Part shown: positions 25,401-40,141 of the stretch, piece after piece
Numbering within the stretch: position 1 is the first letter of the stretch
Layout of the letters: each line of letters begins with the position of its first letter
NCBI GenBank assembly: GCA_965655095.1
Contig: OZ296652.1
Location: forward strand, 82,398,001-82,462,000
DNA: 64,000 nucleotides
Direction: 5' to 3'
From: Haplodiscus bocki
Taxonomy: Eukaryota
Notes under the pieces: model-generated
Told to the model about the DNA's origin: nothing
The model's input: only the letters and a program-made list of their open reading frames with translations
Databases searched by the model: none
Program-made: the position numbers and the translations under genes

Positions 25401-28300
25401 TGCGGAAACCTAACACATGAGCTTGCTTGGAAGACGTTTACGGCGAGTCTTCAATTGCTTCTAATTTCACAGAGGATCACAAGCGAAGATCCGCATCTTT
25501 CACAGCTATGCCAAAAAGAGCACATTGAGAACCTGGAAAAACAATCGTAGCTCTTATTTTAGTTTTGAGGAAACTTTTTTGGCGAGTTTTCTCACACATG
25601 GTCCAAAAAACAAATCCAACGTTAACAAGCAACGCTGGAGCTCCTGAAAGCAAAAGTAAACACCTCCCTTTACAACGGTTGAAAAATATTTCAAAAGTGC
25701 AGCAAGTTGAAATCCACAAACAAAAACTGCTCCTTTTCCGTCAGACAGAGCAACACAAATCAACGTATCACCACAAGCTAACACAACCTTGTAATCGGTA
25801 CACATCTACTGACGACAGACCGAAACATCATCGAATTTGGCCAGGCAAAGTCCACAACACATTTCCAAATAGCCATCATCATAACGTATTTACAGCTCAA
25901 ATATTTGTCCTGAAGAGGGCCACTTAAACTTTGGTCAACAAACTCGATGAGACGGGAGAAAGTTTTGCTTGAAGGGTTTTCCACTGGTAATTTTTTTCCC
26001 AAAACCTCATCTTCAATCAAACTTTGATAGTTCACAATAGAAAGACCAACAACTTAGATGGCTACCAACGCGTCCTCCTATAAGTTCCGAAAAACGATTT
26101 CTAAATCGTATGCAAAGCGTAAATGGCTCTCCTGCCTTAAGTCGCATACAAGCCTTGCACTGCTTTGTCCTGGATTGACAGGTTATAGTCACTTATTTGT
26201 GTCAGCCATTGCTCTGCTCAAAAAAATCACTTTTCATTTCCCCAAAAAAAACAATCACAAACTTGTAAAAACCCGCTTCGTCATCTTCATGATTTTTCAT
26301 GAAAGAGTTTGAACGACAACATTTCCACACACCTGACAAAACCGGCAAATTTAATATGACCGACCGGAAGAACAAGTCAAAAACCTCACAGAACAGCTTC
26401 CTTTGAGCCTGCAGCTGAGTTATCAGATGTATTTTTCCTCGTAGTTTCAAATGATTTTTTGTAACCACCCCCGAACTTGCAGTTTGGAAGGCTTTTTTGT
26501 AAAACCAGTTTCATTTGAGCAATCACGATCTGTCACCTTCATTGCCACCCAACATGATTTGGCACAGTTCTTACCAGTGTTTCCTTCTCTCACCACCCTG
26601 TGAAGGTACTACTTATTCTTTGGAAAGCCACCCCTACTCGCCAGCCAGAAAAAAGAACCGAACAAAATCTAAAGTGGCACGGTCTTTTGCACCTTGGTTT
26701 CTGCAAATAAAGAACGATTCGACTCGATGAGATTGATCGTGGACACAAGCATAACGAAGAGTCTCCAGTGCAATTACGGTCTTATCACTAAACGATTTAC
26801 TTCCAATCAGAAAAACTAACACAGCAAAAGACATGATGATGGAAAACACAACGAACACACAGTGCTCAAGCCAAACACATACAAAATGCGGAAACGACTG
26901 AAGAGAGACCTTCAACACATACGAACGCACAACAGCATGAACACAACACAACTGACCCATACCAATGAACACTGCACGCTGAATGAAGGTGGCCTGCAAA
27001 CGGTCTCGGAATCCTGTATAGTTCCTTCCAAAACAGTTCACAAAGATCTTGGCCTGACTTCTGCACAATTAGGTACGTAACCTCCAGGATCTCTTCGGCT
27101 ACCACATGCTTCTCTCGTGGATCGACAAGAGATACTAATGTTTCACCATCTTACGACCCAGACAGAAAGAGCAAGGTTCTTTGGTGTTCCTCCAAAACTG
27201 CCAACAGGTATCATTTTACATCAAGGTTCCGAAAAATCTCTAACCACTGACTGATTTTCTGATCGCTGAGAGCCACCTTTCGATATTTCAAAAGCAATCG
27301 AGCAGGAAGTTTCCGAAAACGTACAACAGTTCACTGCAAAACGAAATGTTTAGAGATAAAAAAATATGTTTTCAGTCTTGAAGTCGATCGAAGAACTGGT
27401 CAACACAACGACCATCACTCATGAACGAAGTTATGCGGTGAAGAAGAAATTGGTACGCTAGCCAACCTTCTTGACGAAACTTACTAGACCTGCTATTTAT
27501 ATTCAAGTACAGCTCTCATATATTCGCCATTTGAAGATTGTCAAGAAAAAAGGATTTAAAATGGCTCAACGCAGAAGCGAAATTGAATAAAACAACAGAA
27601 TGCCTCAGCGAAGTTAATGTCAAAAAGCGGCAAGCGAACAACATCACAGAATCACAGCGAAAAAGTGTCAAAACGCACTGATTCAAGCTTTAAATTTGAA
27701 AAACACGATGCATCAGGCGACATTTTTGACAACCAAAAAAAGTCGCGTTGATTTCATGGTAACAAAATAAAGCTCAAAGAAAATACACTGCTTCATAGGC
27801 TCTCTAGTTAAAACAGTGCTTTCTTCACGCCATTTTTTGACTGGTAGAACTTGATTAACGCCGAGTCTGATTAAACTTGGTTAAAGAGTCTGAAAATTGA
27901 TAATCTTTGATGAAGCTAAAAGAGATGAAACTGCCACCAGAAGCCCATATACCGCTAGATTTGTTGCTGTCTTAATAAAATTAGCGGTCAACGGTCAAAC
28001 ATGGAAGCTGCAGAGCAGATTAAAACTAAAAATGATCGTGAAAAAGGCCGCAAAAGCTATCAACGTATGAAAAACTCAGCAATAACCACAAATGGAAAAA
28101 CTGCAAATGCAAGCTTTTGACTTTTTTGGGGTCACCAGCCATTTCTACCAGCCAGACGAGAAGTTCCTATTATGGACTGCATATCTAATTTGAGTAAATC
28201 TGAAGGATGTTTCTTCCAAACCGCGAACGAAACACGACGTTCTTGGAAGAAAGATTTTCTTGTTCATAATTAGCCCTGCACCGCAGATTTCAACATGCAC
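19500..28300 (+). mobile_element. Highly eroded Gypsy-type LTR retrotransposon relics, probably nested pieces; ends approximate
   Basis: Pre-RT segment GIGINNWLKAE..PLHEEPIYAESQP..CDEMLL (~22255-22400) and integrase-like SDRGSS (~24150). No intact ORF and no LTR pair resolved. Confidence 0.45.
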
Positions 28301-28699
28301 ACGTGAATTTCACCAGAATGATGGAAACATAAACTGAGACAGACGTCAATATGGTACAAGCGTTTGTCAAAAAACATGAAGCACTACTTTTTTGAAAACG
28401 ATTTAAGTCAAAATTATTTAATGCTGTTCTTTAATTGTGAGCCGATATGAGCCTTGTTTTGTCAAATGAATTCGTCCTAACTTCTTTCAACGAGGTTTGT
28501 ACCTTACAAATGTATAATAGTAGTGCTATTAAAGCGTCCGTGAAGCAACAAAAAGCGTCCGACCCAAAGTCGAAAATAACGAAACGTGGTCTTTTTCTAG
28601 GCATTTTTGATGAATCTCTCTACGAACAGTGCTACTTCTCTATTGAATGGCCGGTATAATTCATTATCTAATTATTGTGATATTTGAAAGCCAAGCAAC

Positions 28700-31600
28700 C
28701 TTTTAAAGTTCACGAAAAGACGACCCCCTCCAGAACAACTAGATCCTAATTAGGCAGTGGGCCTCGAATTACAACACAAATCGTTTGAAGGTATTTCAAG
28801 GCAAATAGCTTGTATGCGAAAAAGCAACGAAAAATGTCGGCCATTTTTTTGAAATCCTATAAAAGTTTCAGAGACGCGACATCAAAATTGCTTCATTGTT
28901 CAACAAGAGCGATACCAAAAACAAGAAGCGCAAGGGCACTGCAATATCTCGTGTCAATTCGGGCGCAAAAGATTTCGAACGAGGATGCAACTAAACTCCT
29001 TTGGATAAAAATCATCCTGAGAAAAAACTCAAGACGAAGAAGTTTCTGGAAACTTAGGGGCGGTAGCTTCAGACAATTGTGAGCTCCATAAGCGAAAAAA
29101 TGGGAGAAACTTGAAGGGATACTTTTGCATTTTCGACCGATCAAGGCTCCAAAACCACGAGCCAAGTTGGAGATTATTCAAAATAACGGACACTTGAAAG
29201 TAAAAAGCAGTCATCTCAGACATTGTCTAATAAGTTCCTTGCAGTAGTTCTCAGGATTGATGATTTGGAGAAACGAGACATGTCCATACCAATAACAGGG
29301 CTTACTGTCCTACCACGATCCAATTTTTGATGATGTACTGAAAAAACTTAAAAACTTGAAATGTTTAGAGGCGAACGTTCGTTCTCCAGTAAATAGCCAT
29401 CATTTGGCACCTTGTTGAATAGAAGGATGCAGTTAGTGTTGAAGAGATTTGAGTTTGAATGTCATGGCATATTGAAAACTAGTAGCACATACTGGCGTTT
29501 TTGGTAATCAGTGATTTCTGATTTGGTCATCTAAAAGTTCTAATAAATATATGAAAGAGGCCTTGAAGGAAGAAACCAAGTCAGTTGTTCTAAAAAAACG
29601 AGTTTCGGAATCGAGACGAGTCCCTTTCAATTTTTTTGCGGTTTCCATCAACCACCAAATGACCAATGGAAGAACGTAAGTGCTAGTTTTTTCAGTTTAA
29701 TCCTTTTTAAAACAAATCTTGACTGCTATTATGAATGAAAAACTCAGTATTTTTTGTTATGAAGAAATATGGGGTCCAAAGGAGAGAATTGTCTTTTTCA
29801 AAATCACTTCGACTTTCTGTGACTATCAGAACGTTTAGCCAAAGAACCGCACTAATCATTTGAAAAATTTTTATTAGGAAATCAGCCAGAAACAGCAAAA
29901 TGCAAAAAGTCCTCCACTGATGAAATCAATTCTGTAATTATCGAGAACTATCACCTGTAAAATCCAGAAAGATCAACAATTAACAGCAACACCCTGATTT
30001 TTTTCGAACTATCGAAAATTTAACACAGGAGCAATGTCCCTGACTTTTGTGTCCAAAAGTCCTTGATGACTGAATAAATTTACGTGGGAACTTGATTGAG
30101 AAAAACTAGTTAGTGGCGACAGAGAAAAACAATTCTGAATAAAAACAAAATAGAAAAACGAAAGCAATCTGACCATACTAGAATATTGATATTCCGACCC
30201 AGGCAATAAAAAGGATGATTCCAAAAGTTAAGTACTTCTTCGAAAAATATATATTTTTTGAGTTGAAACCTCGCTGAATGAGTTCAGACCCGGAGTTACG
30301 CAGGAAAAGTGTCTGACTGACCCCTGCGCTGAATCACTAAAAATATCACGTTCCGAGAATATCGAATATTATGAGTTTCCAACCGAGTATCAGATATGAA
30401 GATTTTTCAATCGAGTAGTCCGAAAAGACTTTTAAATTTTCGATTGGGATTTTGATGCATTCAATCAAACATGAGTTACGCAGAAAGATGATCTCAAACA
30501 GAGAGATGATTGAACATTAGTAGCACTCCCTTGAATTTTCGGGATCTGAACATCTTGATGAAGGAATCGAAGCAACTGAATTTTTAAACGAATCGTCCTC
30601 CAACTGTCTCTGGTCTTCCATAGAGTCACTGAGGTGCAGATATAAAAATTTGAAAATTGTAGCCAGTCAAGATCATTAGGATTTTCCAGCGTTTCTGGTC
30701 TAACGGGAAACCAATGCAAGAAAGATAGACAATGAGTTTTACTGTAACATTCCAGCACAAAAGAAAACCCAACATTAAAAATTTGAGCTTAGTGACTAAG
30801 TCCGTTTTTGTGAGGAAGCACGACTTTTTCTATCGAAGTTTGTTTTTATTGGAAAAAATTGTGCCCTTTATGGAATATCAAAAGTCCAAAGCAGGATCAG
30901 AAATGTAAGAGTTTTATGACAATCCTGTTCAGAAGATAGATATGTTCCACTGGGGAACAATTTTGGAGGATTCAAAGCCTGTTTTTGAGGAGGAAGAAAA
31001 AGAAAAAAGAGTTTTGTGCTTTTTATTAGCTTATCGTTTTTCTCAAACTACAGTATTTTACCCAAATAACCAAAACAGGCTTACTAAAATCCAAAATCGG
31101 CCAAGAACGAAAAACGTCGAAAAGAGACCGTGAATCAGAAATTGAAGTTAATGGGTATCCAGAACTAAGTGTTGGAAAATCGAAGAACGTCATAACCGCT
31201 AGTAGCTATTTGGTTTTTAAAACAATTGAACTTCCAACGAAAGTAGCAAACTCCTTGACTTTAGATTCAATAGATCCTTTCACCTGAAAAGTGGTCGATT
31301 GACAACTCTACTATGAAAAAAATAGTTTTTTTAACGTGAAGATATGATTCCGAGCGTTGATGTAGTTCTTACTTTAAAACTTTGAGAGCACTTTTGTCCT
31401 TTAAGTGGTGCAACGCAGACAACGGAAAGGACTAATTTTTCGGTCTACAGAACCATTCGAAACTAGAAATCAGTATCAACGAAGACCGGTTAGAAGGACT
31501 TTGAGCCGGTAGTCATGGGGCCAAAAGTTTTTTTCCCGATTTGACTTCTCACATTCAGGGTACTTTGAACCAAAGAAATCTAAAAATATGGTGAAAAAAT

Positions 31601-34200
31601 AGTTTATCAATCGAATAATCCGAGCCAATTTATAACCAACGGTTGAAAATTTGCTGAAAATTTCCTAACGTGATTTACGGAGGAAGGTGACTCTGAATAT
31701 GGAAATAAATGAGTAATAGTAGCATCTTTTGGAGCCACCGAACTGTCAAAAAAATCATGCAAAGATCAAACCATTTAGTTTACATATCAGAGTTTTTGCT
31801 ACTTTTTTGAGAGTATCGATAAAAGGATAATCAGCAAAAATCAATCCTGTAGTTACGGACAAAATTGAGTATGATTTGCTGGTGGAATCACGAGAAAAAC
31901 GAAATTTTGGAATCTTCAGAGCAAACGGGCTCTGTAAAATAGCAACTCTTCAGCAGTTTCGATCTATCAAATTTCCTACGAAAAGAGCAAAAGCAATGAC
32001 AGCAAAAGCGCTCAAACATTTTCTGCGAGTAAAAAGTTGCCGCTTGAGACTTTGAGGAAAAAAACGAAGTGTAAGGTTACGGAGAAAAAGAAATTCGAAC
32101 ATCCACATATCACATATGTCCAATCTGAAAACTTTCTGAGCATTTGAGGACTTTTACTCTTGCAACGCAAACAACTTAACGGATTTTTTTCCAAATAAAA
32201 GGCTCGTGTGAGTGTAGAATAAACTGTAAGTAAAGACACCATGAAGGATTTGAGGTGTCGTGTTAGGAAAAGAAATGTTTTAATCCCGCAAGAATCGGTA
32301 TGAATATCTTATTTGAGAAATTTCGAACGAACAGAAAATTGAATCGAGACTCAAAGTAATCGTTTTTTTCAGAGAAGTGTCTGTTACAAAATTGTGGCAA
32401 AATAATCTTTTTGATGCAAAAGTCAATTCAAATGCTTTTTCTCATCACATTGTCCTCTAAGTGTGTATGCTTTTTGACTGACACCTTGAGCTGCAGGAAA
32501 AGATACTTGTAAATCGGAGCATATCAAGACTATTGTCATTTTCTGGTTTTTCTATTCAACAGAACTCCACTTGACGGAAAGTACTCAATGACTCTTAAGA
32601 GGACATTGCAAAGTGAGATAAAAGAAAAATGCGGATCTTGAAAAAAAACAAACATGTTGTTCTGGAAAAACACGAGTTTCAAATCAAGGATTACCCCATT
32701 TCGAAAACATTTCTGAATTTTATTAACACTCAGAAATCAGGGCGAGAAAACAATGTCAAACTACCTTATCCAGTGTTTTTGGGAGAAGAAGTTCGATTGC
32801 AACGTTGTTGGAGGAAATCAAGACTGTTGTTGTCGAGAAGCACGAGTAGGAATGAAACGAGTTGTCAATTTTAAAATCCTTTTATCTTTCTGTGACAGTT
32901 AAAATTTTGCCCAAAGTTCTATATCGAACAGTTTTTTCCTCATCATTTTCCAAATATCAGTATGTTTTAGATTTGGTTATCATAGGGAGAAATTGAGTCG
33001 CTGTTTGTCGAGAACTAGATGTTAAAAAGTCAGAAAAACGAAAATTATTGGCAACTCTGGGACATTCTGCACAAATTCTGCCAAATTTCCAATGCAGGTA
33101 TCAGAAGCTTTGATTTTTTTTCAAAAGTCATCTGCAAGTCAAATATAGCCAATTAAAATTTTTTGATTAAAAGACTCTTTTTTGTAGACATGGAGATTAA
33201 TGATTTCTAGCATCGATATAATTGGTATTTAAAAACTTTTGGAGTTTTTTTGTTCTTTTAGTGTTGCAACCCAAACAACGGAAAGCATCGTTTTGTTGGA
33301 ATACTCGTAACAAAGTAATATTCTGCCAACCGATACCGTTATTAGGGGAAAGTGAGCCTCTAATTACCGAGAGAGTGTTTTACTCTTGGGACGGCGGTGA
33401 CTTAACCGCACATTCTGGAACATAGAACCATCAGGAAATCAAAACAGGTGTCGAAACAAAAACTTTTTCAATCAAACAGTCCTATTCAAATTTAAAGGTG
33501 CTTATGAAGTCTTTGATGGAGGAAATCAAAATCAACTTACGGAGAAGAATGTCTTTGAATATAGAGTCAGTTGAAAGAAGATTGCAGCTTTGGGAGTTTT
33601 CCAACGAGCAATCTTTCGACCCCAGAATCAGAACAAACGTAATTTACATCGAAAAGAGTTTTGAATGGAAGAAGACTTCGATTGATTAGAAAGTCAAGCA
33701 TTTTTTCGGGACCAAATTTGAAAATTCGATTTGAGTCAATAATAATTTTTTTTGGAAACTGCAGGCTTAAGGAATTCTTTACCAAACATCAAAATGTAAG
33801 TTTTTCTGTACACTATTTTTGATTAGCTGCGAAAGTTTCAATGCAGGTGTTCAAGTGAGAAATCAAAACTGTAGTATAGGAGAAGAATATTTTTGAACTT
33901 TGGATTAATTGTTTAAGGACAGCATTTTTTCCAATTATCTTTCTGGCAGAATTCTTTTCCAACTCTCAAAAAAATTGTTAATAGCTTATTTTCGGTAATA
34001 TACAATCGCAACACACTTTTATTTGACTGTTTGGGCGTTTCAAACGTCAAACTATTAGAAAATGATCCCATAAGATCCTTTACATCCTCAAAACTAAGCA
34101 TTCATTCGAGCAGATGTATAACTTCCAGGAAATTTACGTTCACATTGACAATGATGTGGGAGACTTCCTACAAAAAAACCTAAAAATCAACAAATTGAGG
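28700..34200 (+). mobile_element. Eroded Bel/Pao-like LTR retrotransposon relics; ends approximate
   Basis: At ~29385-29450, frameshifted SPVNSH/FGTLLNRRMQLVLKR resembles the Pao integrase motif PPxAPHFGGxWERLV. Other pol-like traces are weak. Confidence 0.3.
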
Positions 34201-34599
34201 GAAAAAACGTGAAGCGGGTTGGATTGTGTTGCGCTTGTTAATCACCAGAATAAGCTGCTGATTTCGGGCGAGAGGCCAGTAGCGAACTGATTCTGGACAG
34301 GCATCTAAAAACCCGCTCAAGCGAAACCTTCTTTTTAAATATTCAAGCAGTTTCAAGTTCAAGTGGAAACTAGAGGTTTTCCTTTTCTTTTTAAAGTCAT
34401 TTAATCGTTTTCAAAAAATGACTAATCCCAGTTCATTTTTGACAAAGTAAATAATCGAAAACAATATTTGCGCAATTGTTTCAATTCTCAGCTGAGAGTT
34501 TTCCTACCATTTTCAAGAGCCAACCTTCGCGAAGTGACTTTGGTTCGAATAAAGTTCCCTTTATAAAAGTTATGTATTTTGTAGTCCTTGTATTTGTAA

Positions 34600-37500
34600 T
34601 GCTTTTTGTAATAGAAAAGAACACCACAGAAAAAGTGTTTACCATATTCTCGAAACTATCCACTTTTCATCACAAATATTAATTTTTTTGTTAAACATGG
34701 AATCACCGAAGCGAGAGTCCAATGTGATTGTCTAATTGAAGATTTTATTTTCGATATTCGCAAAGAAGTGATTTTGAAACTTTGCTCAAAACTTCCTGAA
34801 TAATTGTTTGCTAAAACTGAAAGACCGGGAGAGAAAAAAAAACGTTGAAATTCCTACTGGGAAAAATAAGCCTCGCTGAGGGACCAGCCAACTAACTACA
34901 CTGGTATTTCAAAACCTTCCTTTACTTTTTTATGTGAAAATTCATCAATTTCCACTATATTTACAGCTTCTCAAACAGAAACATCATATCTGAAATCATT
35001 CATAGGTCTATACAAATGAAAAAGTCTGGAAGATGAAGCATACCAACCCAAACGACCGCAAACACAAAAATCAAAACAATTGTGTTATTATCTTTCTACA
35101 TTGGAAAGTTATCTAAATGATGTACATATGGACCACTATTATAACGGAATTTAACAAAAGCAGAAAGAATCCTCGAAACGTATTTGTGACCCCAAGCAGT
35201 CTCAAAAAAGCCTCTGTGGACACTAATGGTTAAAGATTAATTTTGATGACAACTACCTGTTCGAATTTATTAACAGAGATTGAGTTTTAGGAAAAAAAAT
35301 TAGCTAGAAACTTGCATCACTTGATAAATTAATGTGACAAAAAACTACAAAGATTTAATAGCATTGCTTCAAACACCTAAAGGTATTACAAAAAACTGGG
35401 GTAGGATATATTATAAAAACATCCACTGATAATAAATTATTTAAAAAAACAAGTGATTCTGATGAGAAATGCTGGAAGAAAACTGAAGCGAAAGAATTGA
35501 AATTTACGGAAGACCAGAGTGGAGCCTTCGTTTCACCGGAACAAAAAAGGAGGATTTACCAAAAGCATAGACAGGGAAAAATTGAATTATAAAATTAATG
35601 AGAAATTTGGTTGAATTGAACTTGATTACAATGTGTCTGGAAAAATGAAGTACAAGGTAAACCTTTGGACAAAAGAATCTACTGTAATAACAACAACAGA
35701 GTTTTTAACAGAAATAGAACCTGAAAAAAATTTTGGTCCGAATTTTTAGGGAACTTTTTAGAGAAAGAAATTTGGATGAGGTTAAAGGTTTTGATGAGGC
35801 AAACCGTGCATTGAATGACGATGTTAGCGAATCCTTAAAAACCTTTGATTTTTTTTAAAAAAGCGACCTTTTCAGACTATAAAAAGTATGGATGTTTCTG
35901 TCACAGCTAAAGTAAAAACTCTTCAAATTAGGGCGTGTTTGAAAATTTTGAGAATGAAGATGAAGCCTGAAAAATTTGTTTCACCTTTAATTGAAACAGC
36001 AATTGGAGATAATGGTTTTGCAAATCTTTCTCGAATCTATGCTGTAGAAGATACAAGAACCATCTTAATGGAATGAAGTTTCATTTGTTATTTGAATTTA
36101 GAACTAAAAAAGTTTTTTCAAAAGATACACCATATGTAGGACTAGACGAGGCCATAAAACAACAAAAAGTGAAAAATATTACATTATTGAGGAAAATAAT
36201 TTCCAAAACACAAAACGGAAATGTCGGTTTTCATCCCACTTAAGGTACACAGTAGGTAACATACAGAAAGGAAAAACATTTTGATTCATTTGGTCTCACC
36301 ACCACAAGTTTTGACAATAATTTTCCATGGACAAAAAACACTTGTTGCTTTTCATACTACAGAATTCAAGAGAAAGACAGTTATTGCATTGCTTGTTGTC
36401 TATTTCTTATTTTCCTACAAAGAGGAAATTTTTTTAAAACTTGCTGTATCCGATTTTTATTAAAACATTGGCAAGTTAAATTGAAACTTCATAGCAGTGT
36501 AAAAAACATTATCGATTGCAAAGCTATTATCCATGAAAATCACAGCTTTGCAATTGGAAAACAAACTGAAAGAACAAAGAAACTTTTTTCGGACACATAA
36601 AACTTCATCAAGAAAGTATCCAGTAAAAGATTTGAAGTTACAAAACAATGTCAATGTTACCGAACTCAGTAGTTTGCGACAAACACATTGTTGTTTTCCT
36701 TAAAAAAAAGAAATGCTTTTTTCTGAGTCATAAGAGTTACTACTATTATTTATGAGGAAAACTGACAAACTCGTAGAGCAAAAAAAAACAAGACCACACT
36801 AAACCTTAGAAACTCAATGAAATAAATCGAAAGAAAAATTCTCACGTTATATCCCATTAGAATTGCAAGAAGAAAAAAGGAAGAAGGTAATGTTCAATTT
36901 GGAAGTGCATAATTTTAAATATATTCTAACTGGCAGAACCAAAAGATCGATATCTTTTCCCTGGTTAAGAAAAGTATTTTCGAACAGATAAAAAGACACC
37001 TGATTGCAAAAAACCCGAAAGGGACGAATCAGAAACTGAAAACAAAAACGAAATAAAATAGGGAAGTGTGCTGCGTCCGACGATTCAGTATGCAAAAATG
37101 ATTTCATCAGAAATTGCTTATGAGCTACCAGGAAAAAAACTAATTGATGGACTACTAAAGAGAAATGGTAGAGTTTATGAAGTCATGATATACAGAATGT
37201 ATCCAACATCAGAAGAAAAATCAGAGAGGGTAGACATAATTTGTCGTGAGACAAAAACTCAAAATTGGACCATAACCGAAGGATCTCAGGGAAAAATACA
37301 AAGAATTACATTCCTTCCTCCTTTTGAGAAAGTTGAAGCTGATATTACAAGGAGAACATTTACGACATTACATGTGGCAGCATGAGTTTTCCAAATCTCG
37401 AAGCTTTTTCGATTTGTGACATGGAATTACCTTTTGATAAGCTTTTCTATTGGAAAACTTAAGACTTAGGTCTTTGAAACTTCTAGAAACGGACGTTAAA

Positions 37501-39231
37501 AAATGATAAACAGAATGAATTGACAACAAAGGATATGATTTCGTTTGGAGGGATAATGTTTTGATGGAGGTATAGTAAATGGCAATAGGCAACACTTTTC
37601 ATTTATTTTTGCGCAAGATAGGCCACCAGCAAAAAAACTACCTTCCAGGAAAAAAAACATGCTATTTTAAAAACAAGAGGACCAGAAAGTTGATTCTAAG
37701 GGTTAAACTAAAATTTTTACAGTAATAATCTTCCAGAAAGAGGAAAAACACGAGAATCAACCTAAAAAAATAAATACTTCGTCTGTGTAACTTTTGAAAA
37801 TTATCATAGAATGGAAGTGATCAGAATCTTCGTTACTTTCCAATACTGAAAAGACAAAAAAAGAATAAAACACACAGGAACAAAATTACGTGAATTATTG
37901 TAGTTTACTGTACTAAAAAAGTGATAGTTATTTCCCATTAACTTTCACAAAAAAACTTGAAAGAAAGAATTTGTTAGTAGACTGATAGGCCTAGAAGTGT
38001 TTTTTACACAACAAAACAATAAATTGAAAAAAGTTTTTGATCCTTTGAAACGTCAACTTTTCGCAGGGCCAACACAAAAACGAGGTTTTTTGTTTGATTG
38101 AAAATTTTTTCCGATGAAAAAGAAGAGAAGGTTTAAACTTTTTCAGGTGAACGCTTAAGGCCAAATGTTATTGGAGTTCAATAAAAAACAAATATAAAGA
38201 ATATAACTGTATTAAAAAACTCTTTAATGGATTGAAAAAAGTAAGTTAAGGTGACTGAGGAAGTATTGCTTATGAAAATGTATTAAGCGATTACAAACAA
38301 TCTATATAGCCAGATCTTGAACGTTTTCTGGGAACAAGAAGAAGCGGGCGAGAAGATATCAATTACGTTTGAAAAATAGAAGCTTTTCCTTGTTTGAAAA
38401 AAAACACTAAGATTAAGTGAGCCAAAAGATCTGAGTGGCAAGTTACAAATTAAAAAGATTTAGTTCTTTATTAAACAATGAAAGCCTATATAAAAATCGT
38501 TCAGTCCGCCAGCTTGATACAATTCGATGAAGGGCTAATTTCCACTTTTTTGCTAGGATTCAATTAGTACAACTGGGATTAGAAACTTGTTAAAATCTAC
38601 ACTAATATAAAAGTTGTAATAGTTTAAACATTTGTTATAGTTCTTCTGAGCGATGAATAGATTGGGAGAGAGTCTGTGGATGGAATGGGACAACCTGTTT
38701 TAATTACTTTCGCTGTCGATAAAAAGCGTTGGTTCAGAAGTCGTTTTGACCCTAAAACAAGACATCATGAGGAAAAACTAATTAAATGTTGTTTTCTAAT
38801 AATATTAAACTGTACTTAGCAAATGACAAAAAAATGATCTTGATGGTGAAATTATATCTTTTACCTTACTGCTTTCAAAAAAAACTTTTGTTCGTTTTTT
38901 AAAAATTGTAATATAGAAAAATCAAAACCATCTCTCATAGTGTTGGAGGACGCCATTTTTCTGCTTAGTAAAGATCAATGCGGATATAACTAAAGCAGGT
39001 AGGGAAATAGTTAGTTATCTACTACTTGTAGTAGAAACAATACAATGAACGATAATGTGAGACCATCGAAGCAAGTGGATTTGCAAACGTTTTCAAAAAA
39101 ACTGATAGAAGGTCCCCCTAAAAATAGTGCAGAAGTAGATACAAATTTAGTGGAAAATCCCGGTTAAGGAAAAAGGAAACAAAGCAAAAAGTGGCGGTGC
39201 AGCTGTATGTAAAAATCTTTTAGCAGTTTTG
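34600..39231 (+). mobile_element. Decayed Polinton/Maverick/adintovirus-like virion module (packaging ATPase, capsid-like, rve integrase, protease-like, penton-like), cut by an assembly gap
   Basis: ATPase relics TIVLLSFYIGKL, KINFDD and VTKNYKDLIALLQTPK (35070-35410). Integrase relics 36500-37380 (TKTQNWT, EKYKE). Minor-capsid-like SVDGMGQPVLITFAVDK..FDPKTRHHEEK..NNIKLYLAND..DLDGEIISFTLLLSK (38661-38880). All on the same strand with no introns seen. Confidence 0.6.
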
Positions 39232-39431
39232 NNNNNNNNNNNNNNNNNNNNNNNNNNNNNNNNNNNNNNNNNNNNNNNNNNNNNNNNNNNNNNNNNNNNN
39301 NNNNNNNNNNNNNNNNNNNNNNNNNNNNNNNNNNNNNNNNNNNNNNNNNNNNNNNNNNNNNNNNNNNNNNNNNNNNNNNNNNNNNNNNNNNNNNNNNNNN
39401 NNNNNNNNNNNNNNNNNNNNNNNNNNNNNNN
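39232..39431. other. Assembly gap (200 N)
   Basis: Run of N. Confidence 1.
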
Positions 39432-40141
39432 AATGGAATTGGAAAACATCGGTTAAAAATCGCACGCTTCGAGTGGATGATTTTTTTGACTTCTTAATAT
39501 GGGCGGAAAAAAGTAATCTAACGTAAATTGAAAAAAGTTTTATAAAAGGAAATAAATAGATAAATTTTTCAAAAAACTTTTTTGGGAGAAACTAAGGAAC
39601 GTACATTGAAGTTTTGAAATTAAGCGAAAAATAAGATCACAAGCTCAAAATTTTCCTTATATTTTAGGAGTTGAAGTTTGCTGTTCTAGAAAGATGAGAA
39701 AAGTACGATATTGCTGCATTTATTTTTTTCGTTGCGATCAATCGAAGGATATCTTAAAAGGTAGATATTGAGACAAACCGAGGCGATGGACCCAAAAAAG
39801 CAAAAAATCGAACTTTTTTCTGTCAATCAGCATGGGTATGTTTAAAAATTAAACAGACATGCCATTTTTGAAAAGTTATAAAGACTCTGATATCTTGTTT
39901 GCATTGTCAAGACACTCCAAGGGATGTACGCTTTGGCGGCATGCCGTTGGCAATAAATTCAGACAATCTTAACCAGACTTACATTTTGCGATTAGCTTCA
40001 ATCACCCAGCAAGAAACTCCACATGGATCCAGCTTTCGAATTAATGAAAGAAAGGTCGGAGATTTCAACAAAATTTTTACCAAGAATCTCAACAAAGTCA
40101 TTCTAATCCTGTTAAATTTTTTTAACTTTTAGTTTTTGCTG

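Noticed and set aside
39147-39465. ORFs spanning the N run
   Set aside because: Artefacts of the assembly gap.
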